Under the pieces are notes generated by a model. That model made no database searches. It saw nothing but the letters and a program-made list of their open reading frames with translations, and had not been told where the DNA came from. Position numbers and translations under genes: made by a program. This document shows positions 1 through 7,104 of a stretch of 32,000 bases of DNA, piece after piece (the stretch's first letter is position 1; each line of letters opens with the position of its first letter). Origin of the DNA: Cupriavidus necator (GTDB lineage: Bacteria > Pseudomonadota > Gammaproteobacteria > Burkholderiales > Burkholderiaceae); NCBI RefSeq assembly GCF_016127575.1, contig NZ_CP066018.1, forward strand, positions 3,210,001 to 3,242,000. Direction: 5' to 3'.

Positions 1-1015
1 CCGGCCTGACGCGGAACACATAAGGCTGGTCCTGTTCGCCGTAGCGCAGCACCGCGGGCCGGGCCACCAGCGCATCGCGCAGCAGCCCGGTGTGCAGCCG
101 CACCGCGACAAACTGGCCCGGCCACAGCTCGCCGGCGCGGTTGTCGAACTCGGCCTTGACCCGGACCGCGCCATTGCCGGTGCCCACGCGGCTGTCGATC
201 ACCAGCAGGCGCCCCTGCGCCAGCGGCGCGCCGCCGTCGCGTGCATGCGCGTGCACGGCCGCGTTCGCGCCGCCGGCGCTCAGGTGTTGCAGCACCGGCA
301 GCGCCGACTGCGGCATGGTGAATTCCACGGTGATGGGCGACAGCTGCGTGACGGTGAAGATCCCGTCGGCATCGCCGACCCGCACCAGGTTGCCTTCATC
401 GACGTTGCGCAAGCCGATGCGCCCGGCGATGGGCGAGCGGATGCGGGTGTATGACAGGCGCACTTCCTCGGCGACGATAGCGGCGCGGTTGCCCTGCACG
501 GTGGCGCGCAGCTGCTCGACGGTGGCGAGCTGCTGGTCCAGCGTCTGGCGCGGGATGGCATCGGCGGCGATCAGCGTGCGGTAGCGCCCAAGGTCGAGCT
601 CGGCCGCGCGCAGCTGCGCCAGGTTCATCGCCAGCGTGGCGCGGGCCTGACCCAGTGCGGCCTGGATCGGCCGGTCATCGAGCGAGGCCAGCAGCTCGCC
701 GCGGGCCACCTGCTGGCCTTCGCGCACATGCAGGCGCATCAGCTGGCCGTCGATCTGCGTGCGCACCACCACGTCGCGCAAGGGCCGGACGGTGCCGACG
801 CTTTCCGCCTGGCGGGCGACGTCGCGTGCCTCCACGCGCGCCACGCGCACAGGAACAGGCGGTGGCGGCGGTGGGGGCGCATCGGACTGGCTGCGCCGGA
901 CCAGGCCGAGCGTGCCGAGCGCGAGCACGCAGAGCGCCGCGGCTGCAAACCACAACCGTCGCGCATAAGGCCCGAGCGCCGCGAGCAGATAGGAGGTGAG
1001 GGAGAACGCAGGCAT
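1..1015 (-). CDS. RND efflux periplasmic adaptor (membrane fusion protein, HlyD/AcrA/MdtA type); the C-terminal part lies beyond the left edge
   Basis: Absent from the ORF track because it is open at the window edge. My own minus-strand translation from ATG 1015-1013 gives MPAFSLTSYLLAALGPYARRLWFAAAALCVLALGTLGLV (membrane anchor), then VRVARVEARDVARQAESVGTVRPLRDVVVRTQIDGQLMRLHVREGQQVARGELLASLDDRPIQAAL...SYTRIRSPIAGRIGLRNVDEGNLV...ITVEFTMPQ. No stop occurs down to base 2. Confidence 0.85.
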   Translation of the reverse strand, partial: MPAFSLTSYLLAALGPYARRLWFAAAALCVLALGTLGLVRRSQSDAPPPPPPPVPVRVARVEARDVARQAESVGTVRPLRDVVVRTQIDGQLMRLHVREGQQVARGELLASLDDRPIQAALGQARATLAMNLAQLRAAELDLGRYRTLIAADAIPRQTLDQQLATVEQLRATVQGNRAAIVAEEVRLSYTRIRSPIAGRIGLRNVDEGNLVRVGDADGIFTVTQLSPITVEFTMPQSALPVLQHLSAGGANAAVHAHARDGGAPLAQGRLLVIDSRVGTGNGAVRVKAEFDNRAGELWPGQFVAVRLHTGLLRDALVARPAVLRYGEQDQPYVFRVRP

Positions 1016-1153
1016 GGCAGTCGGACCCGCCGGATCCACAAGTCATTGGCATGCTGGTTTATAGCCAACGGAGGCGGTTGGAACGGTGACGCCAGCCTGT
1101 CAGGGCTGTCAGGAAGGCCGCGGCGCGCGCGCATGCGGTAGTCGCAGCGTGCT

Positions 1154-1184
1154 TGCTGACGGCTTTGCCAGTTGCCTGTCAGCA
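1154..1184. promoter_or_regulatory. Inverted repeat TGCTGAC-N17-GTCAGCA in the divergent adaptor/hydrolase intergenic region; candidate operator
   Basis: Perfect 7-bp arms at 1154-1160 and 1178-1184. The related CTGTCAG heptamer also occurs twice in tandem at 1097-1103 and 1106-1112. Confidence 0.3.
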
Positions 1185-1243
1185 CGCCGTTGGCTGCGGG
1201 CAGCTAAGCTACGCGGTTTATCGATTGGCAGGGCCGGGCCATC

Positions 1244-2572
1244 ATGCCCGGAATCTGGCGCACGGCAGCGACGCTGCCAGTGAGGGCAGACGATGTGGAG
1301 GACAGGTTGAGATCCAACCGCAACAAGCTGAACGCAGCCAGGGCCGTGCTGGGTGCCATGGCACTGACCGTGGCAGCGTGCGCCGGCATCGGCAGCGGCG
1401 GCTCGCTGCCCGCGCGCGCGAGCTTCAGCGATTACCGTAGCGAAACCCTCAGCCAGCTGCAGGCGCGGCGCCACTTCCAGCTTGCCGACAAGGCAGCCGA
1501 ACTCGCGTGGAACGGCCCCGGCGAATGGCTGCCGGCGCTGTCCCGTGCCGGAACGAAGCCGGAGAAGGGCATCCTGCTGATCCACGGCCTTGGCGATTCG
1601 CCGTGGTCGTTCCATGACCTCGCCCGGCAGCTCGCCGCGCAGGGCTTCCTGGTCAGGACCGTGCTGCTGCCCGGTCATGGCACCCGGCCGGAGGACCTGC
1701 TGGACGTGACGCTGGAAGACTGGCAGCGCGTGGTGCGGGAGCAGGCCGAGGTGCTGCGCCGCGATGTCGGGCAGGTCTACCTGGGAGGCTTCTCCACTGG
1801 CGCCAACCTGGCACTTGAATACGCCTACGCTCACCCGGACGTGGCGGGGCTGGTGCTGTTTTCACCGGCATTCCAGTCCAACAGCCGCTACGACTGGCTG
1901 ACCCCGCTGATTGGCTGGATCCGCCCATGGCTGCTGGAGCCGGACGGGCGCCGGCCGATGCAGAACGCCGTGCGCTACATGACGGTGCCAACCAACGGCT
2001 TCGCCCAGTTCTACCGCAGCAGTCGCGCGGCGCGCCTGCGGCTGGAGCAGGGGGCCTACGACAAGCCGGTCTTCATGGCGGTGGCGCAGCACGATTCGGT
2101 GCTCGATACCCGCTATTTGCTGACCGTGTTCCAGGACAGGTTTACGCATCCCGCAAGCCGCCTGATCTGGTATGGCCAGAGGCCGGAAACCACGGCGGAC
2201 AGCGGCCGCGTGCTGGTGCGTGGCGATACGCTGCCGCAATTGCGGATCAGCCAGTTCTCCCATATGGGTTTGCTGTTCTCGCCGGCGAATCCGCTGTACG
2301 GGGAACAGGGCCGCCTGCGCATCTGCTGGAACGGGCAGGATGAGTTGGCGACGCGGGCTTGCGAGCGTGGCGAGGCCGTGTGGTATTCGGACTGGGGCTA
2401 TCGCGAAGCCGGCAAGGTGCATGCGCGGCTGACGTTCAATCCCTATTTCTCCTGGCAAGGCGAGGTGATCGCGGGGGTTTTCGCCGGCGCGGACTTGCGT
2501 GCCGGCGACCGTGCGCCAGAAACGCAGCGCATGACGCGGGACGACAACGGCAGCAGCCCGCAGGCGATGTAG
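1244..2572 (+). CDS. Alpha/beta-fold hydrolase (serine aminopeptidase S33 / lysophospholipase-like), probable lipoprotein
   Basis: 442-aa ORF with GILLIHGLGDSPWSF (HG oxyanion motif) and a GFSTG nucleophile elbow. It has a lipobox-like LTVAAC near the N-terminus. The start is uncertain: in-frame GTG 1295 (GAGGG 8 nt upstream) and ATG 1358 are alternatives. Confidence 0.8.
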   Translation: MPGIWRTAATLPVRADDVEDRLRSNRNKLNAARAVLGAMALTVAACAGIGSGGSLPARASFSDYRSETLSQLQARRHFQLADKAAELAWNGPGEWLPALSRAGTKPEKGILLIHGLGDSPWSFHDLARQLAAQGFLVRTVLLPGHGTRPEDLLDVTLEDWQRVVREQAEVLRRDVGQVYLGGFSTGANLALEYAYAHPDVAGLVLFSPAFQSNSRYDWLTPLIGWIRPWLLEPDGRRPMQNAVRYMTVPTNGFAQFYRSSRAARLRLEQGAYDKPVFMAVAQHDSVLDTRYLLTVFQDRFTHPASRLIWYGQRPETTADSGRVLVRGDTLPQLRISQFSHMGLLFSPANPLYGEQGRLRICWNGQDELATRACERGEAVWYSDWGYREAGKVHARLTFNPYFSWQGEVIAGVFAGADLRAGDRAPETQRMTRDDNGSSPQAM

Positions 2573-2720
2573 GCGAATGCAAGGCAGGCAAGCCACCGGC
2601 AGTCCGCGCCCGGCTCCGCCGCATGGAGGAAAACCCGGGCCTGTCCCACGGCGCATCAGCCTCTAACATGAAGTACCCGCCGCCATCGCGGCAAACAACG
2701 ATAACGCGGAGACTTCACAC

Positions 2721-3704
2721 ATGGATCGTCGAAAGTTCCTGAGCGCCGCGGCCATCGCGGCGACCGCCGGCGTCGCGCCGCACGCCATCGCGCAGCAGTG
2801 GCCGGCGCGCGCCATCCGGCTGGTCGTGGCCTATCCGCCTGGTGGCGGCACCGACGTGGTGGCACGTTTGTTTGCCGACTACCTGACGCGCGTGACCGGG
2901 CAGTCGGTGGTGGTGGAGAACAAGCCCGGCGGGGCCACCATTCCCGCCACGCAGGACGTGATCCGCGCCAGGAATGACGGGCAGACGCTGCTGGTGACGC
3001 TGGGTTCCTCGGCCACCTCGGGCGCGCATATCAACCGCGTTCCTTACGACCCGTTGACCGACCTCACCGCGCTGGCGGAACTTGGCCGCGCCCCGGTGCT
3101 GCTGGCGGCCAACAAGGATGCGCCGTACTCCACGCTGAAGGAACTGATCGCCTATTCCAAGGCGAATCCGACCAAGCCGATCCACTCGGCCTCGTACGGT
3201 CCGGGCACCTCGTCGCACTTCGGTCCGCTGCTGTTCAACCGGCTGGCAGGCACCAACCTTGAACCGGTGCTGTACAAGGGCTCGGCGCCGGCCACGCAGG
3301 ACCTCGTGGGCGGCGTGGTGCCGCTGATGATCGACGGCCTGACCACCGGCGTGCCGCTATACCAGGCCGGCAAGACCAAGGCGCTGGCCACCACCATCCC
3401 GGAACGCTCTGATCTGGCGCCCGGGGCGCCTACCTTCCGTGAGCAGGGCTTTCCTGAGATGGAGCAGCTCAGCGGCTATTTCGCGCTGTTCGGCCCCAAG
3501 GCCATGCCCAAGGCCACGGTCGATGCGGTCTCTGCTGCGGTGCGCAAGGTGCTGGCCGACCCGGCCTACCAGAAGCGGCTGGCAGGCGTTGGCGTGCTGC
3601 CGCCGCAGGCGGTCACGCCTGAGGCCTTCGCCGCGCAGATCCGGACCGATCATGCGCGCTGGGGGCAGTTCATCAAGGATATCGGCTTCAAGATCGATGG
3701 GTGA
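2721..3704 (+). CDS. Bug/TctC-family tripartite tricarboxylate transporter substrate-binding protein
   Basis: 327 aa. Tat-like signal MDRRKFLSAAAIAATAGVAPHAIAQ followed by RLVVAYPPGGGTDVVAR and later YKGSAPATQDLVGG, the typical Bug family pattern. GGAGA RBS lies upstream. Confidence 0.9.
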   Translation: MDRRKFLSAAAIAATAGVAPHAIAQQWPARAIRLVVAYPPGGGTDVVARLFADYLTRVTGQSVVVENKPGGATIPATQDVIRARNDGQTLLVTLGSSATSGAHINRVPYDPLTDLTALAELGRAPVLLAANKDAPYSTLKELIAYSKANPTKPIHSASYGPGTSSHFGPLLFNRLAGTNLEPVLYKGSAPATQDLVGGVVPLMIDGLTTGVPLYQAGKTKALATTIPERSDLAPGAPTFREQGFPEMEQLSGYFALFGPKAMPKATVDAVSAAVRKVLADPAYQKRLAGVGVLPPQAVTPEAFAAQIRTDHARWGQFIKDIGFKIDG

Positions 3705-3836
3705 GGGCGCCGCGGCAGCGTCGGCGTGTGCGCGGGTGCATCGGCGTGGGTGGCGAGAGGCGGATTCTTGTCCATACTGAACTTGACTGGCGGGCTGTCG
3801 CTGCCCGCCGGGATCAATCGCCCAAGGAGAAGAATC

Positions 3837-4268
3837 GTGTTCAAGCACATCTTGCTGGCCACCGATGGCTCGGAACTGTCAAAAATGGCAATGGATGCGG
3901 CCATTGGCTTTGTCAAAGCCGGCGGCGCCAGGCTGACGGCCTATACGTGCATGGAAGAGTATCCCTACGTGGCGTCAGGCGATGCCGGCCATCCCAGGCG
4001 CAAGGCCTTCGAAGAGCAAGAGGCCGCACATGCAAGCGCCAGGCTGGAAGCGGTTGTTGCTGCGGCCAGGGCCGCGGGAGTCACATGCGAAACGGATATG
4101 ACGACTTCGGTACCCTACAAGGGCATCATCGATGCGGCCGCGAGGCACGGGTGTGACGTGATCTTCATGGCGTCGCACGGCCGCAGGGGCCTGGAGGGGC
4201 TGCTGGTCGGCAGTGAAACCCAGAAGGTTCTTACCCACTGCCGGGTTCCTGTCCTCGTCTACCGCTAG
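3837..4268 (+). CDS. Universal stress protein (UspA family)
   Basis: In-frame GTG 3837 preceded by AAGGAGA. The product begins VFKHILLATDGSELS and ends DVIFMASHGRRGLEGLLVGSETQKVLTHCRVPVLVYR (the G-2x-G-9x-G-S/T ATP-binding motif region). The track ORF 3726 start adds an implausible Arg-rich leader. Confidence 0.85.
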   Translation: MFKHILLATDGSELSKMAMDAAIGFVKAGGARLTAYTCMEEYPYVASGDAGHPRRKAFEEQEAAHASARLEAVVAAARAAGVTCETDMTTSVPYKGIIDAAARHGCDVIFMASHGRRGLEGLLVGSETQKVLTHCRVPVLVYR

Positions 4269-4335
4269 ACACTGCGCGGCGTGCCGCCGCGGGTGCTGGC
4301 GTACTGTCGAATCCACCTCACGGGGGGAACCTGCC

Positions 4336-4800
4336 ATGACGGAAATGGAACAGGAGAAAGTCGTCGGTGTGCTGGATCGAATACTCGAAGCCGAGCTCGC
4401 CGGGGTAGTGCGCTACACGCACTATTCGTTCCTGATATTCGGCTTCGGCCGCATTCCCATCGTGTCGTGGCTGCGTGAGCAGGCGAATGAGTCGCTGCTG
4501 CACGCGCACCAGGCCGGCGAATGGATCACGACCCTCGGCGCCTATCCCTCGCTTGGCATCGGCGAGCTGCTGGACACCCACACGACCGATATCGGCGCGA
4601 TCCTGCGTGAATCGCTCGCGACCGAGATGGAGGCCCTGGACCTGTACCGTGAGCTGCTAAGCCTGGTCGAGGGGCGCTCAGTCGCGCTGGAGGAGTATGC
4701 GCGGCAGTTGATCCAGCTGGAGGAACTGCATGCGGGAGAGGTCGAGAAAATGCTGCGCAAGCCCGGCCTTGCGGCGACGGTGCAGCCGCGACAGGGCTGA
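4336..4800 (+). CDS. Ferritin-like / bacterioferritin-family four-helix-bundle protein
   Basis: ATG 4336 after GGGGGGA. The product MTEMEQEKVVGVLDRILEAELAGVVRY...ESLLHAH...EMEALDLYRELL...LEELHAGEVEKML shows Bfr-like Glu/His spacing. The second ExxH is clear and the first is imperfect. Confidence 0.6.
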   Translation: MTEMEQEKVVGVLDRILEAELAGVVRYTHYSFLIFGFGRIPIVSWLREQANESLLHAHQAGEWITTLGAYPSLGIGELLDTHTTDIGAILRESLATEMEALDLYRELLSLVEGRSVALEEYARQLIQLEELHAGEVEKMLRKPGLAATVQPRQG

Positions 4801-5077
4801 TCTGGGCCGGCCCGCTGCCTTCTCGTGCGTGCAAAAGCGCGCGTGCCACAAGGTTTCGCCCCCATTGCTTTCGTCCCCGACGCCGGGAGCAGGGCACAGG
4901 CCGCGTCACCGCACCGGCCATCCACCCCCATCGCGCGCCGCGCCAACCGAGCTGGTTGCCAGCGCCAATGTCGCCGCGGCGGCGAGCGCTCCGTGATAGG
5001 CGTCAGCTGACGCGTTCCGTGCCGGCAGCAACTGGTTCTGTGCCAGGTTGGCTTCGGTGAGGTTCGCATGTGCGCGG

Positions 5078-5353
5078 CTATGGCAAATGCTTGCCGGGAA
5101 GCGTGGGTGCAGGTCCGCGCGTGCTGACCGGACGTGCGCTACGCGGATCGGCGGCTTGCCGGCCTGGCTTTGCCGTATTGTCCCTGCGCCCAGTGGGCGT
5201 GCCGCGACTGCTGTCGGTGCGGTGCGTCGGACCGGAGAACGCGCCGATCCTGACTTCCTCGCCCATCCCCCCGACGACATGCTGCGCAAAGGCGGCCCCC
5301 GAGGCGGTCAGCATGGCGATTGCCATCAGCGGGTACGCGTGGATCTTCTTCAT
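5078..5353 (-). CDS. Hypothetical small exported protein, possibly a frameshifted remnant
   Basis: Convincing Sec signal MKKIHAYPLMAIAMLTASGAAFAQ, but the rest is a low-complexity Arg/Pro/Gly/Thr tail. GC3 is about 77%, below neighbouring genes. An overlapping frame (4906-5289) carries weak pentapeptide-like ANLTE/ANLAQ repeats. Confidence 0.3.
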   Translation of the reverse strand: MKKIHAYPLMAIAMLTASGAAFAQHVVGGMGEEVRIGAFSGPTHRTDSSRGTPTGRRDNTAKPGRQAADPRSARPVSTRGPAPTLPGKHLP

Positions 5354-5440
5354 TTTTGCCTGTTTTTCGTGTGGTGGGCCCGGGCGGGCAAGGTTCAGGC
5401 AGCGGAGGGTAAATCAAGCGGATGTCCGTGTATGTAAGCT

Positions 5441-5470
5441 ATTGTTAGCGCGATTTGCTCCGCCAACCAA
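5441..5470 (-). promoter_or_regulatory. Candidate sigma70 promoter for the 5353 ORF (TTGGTT-17 nt-TAACAAT on the minus strand)
   Basis: Read directly in the only AT-rich island of this region. The -35 element is 5470-5465 and the -10 element is 5447-5441. Confidence 0.25.
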
Positions 5471-5496
5471 AGAATATGAAAAGTGCTTGTTAGCGC
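5442..5496. repeat. Direct repeat TTGTTAGCGC x2 (5442-5451 and 5487-5496)
   Basis: Exact 10-mers spaced 45 bp apart in the AT-rich segment. The segment lies between the truncated transporter end and the small exported ORF. Confidence 0.6.
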
Positions 5497-5504
5497 ATGC
5501 GCGA

Positions 5505-6135
5505 TCAAAGCGCCGCGGTGAAAGGCGGGATACCGGCCGCGACCATCAGCGCCATGGATAGCGGGAAGAGGGCGCTGATGTGTGCCGTGGCGCTGGCGAA
5601 GGAGTAGTGAGCGTAGCAATAGATCGCCGCCACCAGCATATAGACGGCCAGCCGGTGGAAGCCCTCGAGGTGTGCCCCGAACTCCTTGCCGAACCAGGCA
5701 ACCATGCCGTACTCATTGAGTTTGGAGGCCAGCATGATCAGCAGGCCGATCCAGATCATGGTGTCCCAGGCGGATTTCTCGTTCAGGGCATCCTCCCAGG
5801 TCAGCACGCCGGTGATGAACAGCAGCGAGACGCCGAGAGCCGCCGCCAGCGTTGCGCCGATGGCCAGGTCCTCACCGAAAATCCAGAGCACCAGCAAGCC
5901 AAGGAAAATTGCCGCCATGATGATTTCCTTGGCGCCGATGATGGCGACGGCCGCCATGGGCAGGGGCGGTCATGATGCCGGCGATGGTGGTGACAAATAC
6001 CGCGAACATGTGCCACGCCTTCACCGCGAGGCCGGCCGGCGCCGGCAGGAACCAGAGCACGATGCCGATTCCCACCGGGACTAGAAATCTCCAGAGATCT
6101 TTGAGATGCCCTGCGGGGGCCGCTGGCTTCGCGGC
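5505..6135 (-). pseudogene. CitT/DiT-type DASS anion:cation symporter remnant (internal deletion, frameshift, C-terminal truncation)
   Basis: The N-terminal piece LKDLWRFLVPVGIGIVLWFLPAPAGLAVKAWHMFAVFVTTIAGIMTAP matches the first helices of CitT-like carriers. A frameshift lies near 5957-5966. The next piece, MAAVAIIG, joins directly to AKEIIMAAIFLGLLVLWIFGEDL...TWEDALNEKSAWDTMIW...HLEGF...YCYAHYSFASATAHISALFP, which lies roughly 250 residues later in full-length homologues. The reading frame stops about 70 residues early. Confidence 0.8.
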
Positions 6136-6146
6136 GGGGGAGCTTC

Positions 6147-6284
6147 CAGCGCCTGGCCTTCGGCCCGGATTCGCGCAACATCGATGATGACCACCTCCGC
6201 GCTCGGGATAGCCACGGCCGCAAACAGGGCCGCCGAGCCGCCAACCAGTCCTGCGCCGACCACGACGATCTTGGGTTGATGCAT
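6147..6284 (-). pseudogene. N-terminal fragment of an L-lactate/malate dehydrogenase family gene
   Basis: GGAGG then ATG 6284. The product MHQPKIVVVGAGLVGGSAALFAAVAIPSAEVVIIDVARIRAEGQALE carries a Rossmann GAGxVG motif and the LDH-type (V/I)(V/L)IDV....AEG.A motif. Similarity then ends and the frame runs into unrelated sequence, stopping at 6081. Confidence 0.7.
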
Positions 6285-6493
6285 TGGCATGCCTCCGACG
6301 TGCGTGGATAGTCGAATACCTGAATCAGGGGCCAGTCCGTGAACGCCGACGACAAATGTGGCGTGAGGGACGCGGGGCAGGCGAATAACCGTTCGTATGC
6401 TATGGTTTATAGACCTTTCCGGTAGAAGCGCCGGCGTCGTGCCGGCGCCGCCGAACGACGGCATGCCAGCAGACGGGGCTCGAGGAGTAAGTC

Positions 6494-7081
6494 ATGCATC
6501 CCAGCAAGCTAATCGTGGCGGCGATACTTGCCGCGGCAACTCTTCCGGTGCTGGCACAGCCCGAGACGCGCGTGGACACGGTGTCGGGCGTGGGGGCTAC
6601 CAGGACCACCGGCACGGTCAAGGCCACTGCCACGGTGGTGGCCATCGATGCCGCCACGCGCACCATTTCGCTCAAGAACAAGCAGGGCAAGGTCACGGAC
6701 GTACAGGTCGGCGAGGACGTGCGCAACTTCGAGCAGCTCCGCGTGGGCGACATGGTCACCGTCGAGTACACGCAGGCCTTGTCAGTGGCTCTCGCCAAGC
6801 AGAGCGGCATGCGCTCCAGCACCGAACGCGAGACCGCCGAGCGGGCCGCTCCTGGCGCCAAGCCCGGCGGCATGGTCGGGCGCGAGGTGACGGTCACTGC
6901 CGATGTGGTGGCCGTCAACGCCAAGACCGGCATGGTGACGCTCAAGGGGCCAAAGGGCAAGACGGTGGACGTGCATGTCGAGGATCCGGAGCAACTGAAG
7001 GCGGTTAGACGCGGTGACCAGGTGCAGGCCGTCTACACCGAAGCCCTTGCCATTTCTGTCACGCCCAGGCGTGCCCGCTGA
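6494..7081 (+). CDS. Secreted protein of unknown function built from two homologous ~60-aa beta-rich repeats
   Basis: GAGGAG RBS and signal peptide MHPSKLIVAAILAAATLPVLA/QP. Repeat 1 (aa 41-100) and repeat 2 (aa 131-189) align by eye: ATVVAIDAATRTISLKNKQGKVTDVQV...LRVGDMVTVEYTQALSVAL against ADVVAVNAKTGMVTLKGPKGKTVDVHV...VRRGDQVQAVYTEALAISV. GC3 is high. Confidence 0.8.
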   Translation: MHPSKLIVAAILAAATLPVLAQPETRVDTVSGVGATRTTGTVKATATVVAIDAATRTISLKNKQGKVTDVQVGEDVRNFEQLRVGDMVTVEYTQALSVALAKQSGMRSSTERETAERAAPGAKPGGMVGREVTVTADVVAVNAKTGMVTLKGPKGKTVDVHVEDPEQLKAVRRGDQVQAVYTEALAISVTPRRAR

Positions 7082-7104
7082 GTAAGGCGGCGCCGGGTGG
7101 GAGC

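Noticed and set aside
1046-1062. Sigma54-like element TTGGCATGCTGGTTTAT.
   Set aside because: The -24 GG is present, but the invariant -12 GC is replaced by TA, and no enhancer-binding protein gene is nearby.
90-1185. Multiple overlapping ORFs in the track on both strands (for example 90-584 +, 655-999 +, 675-1052 -, 739-1185 -).
   Set aside because: All overlap the edge-truncated adaptor gene, whose frame gives a clean HlyD/AcrA-type sequence. The others are Arg/Ala/Pro-rich shadow frames.
3770-3830. Possible FNR/CRP box upstream of the universal stress protein gene (TTGTC...TGAAC, TTGAC...GATCAA).
   Set aside because: None of the half-site pairs has the TTGAT-N4-ATCAA spacing. The resemblance is superficial.
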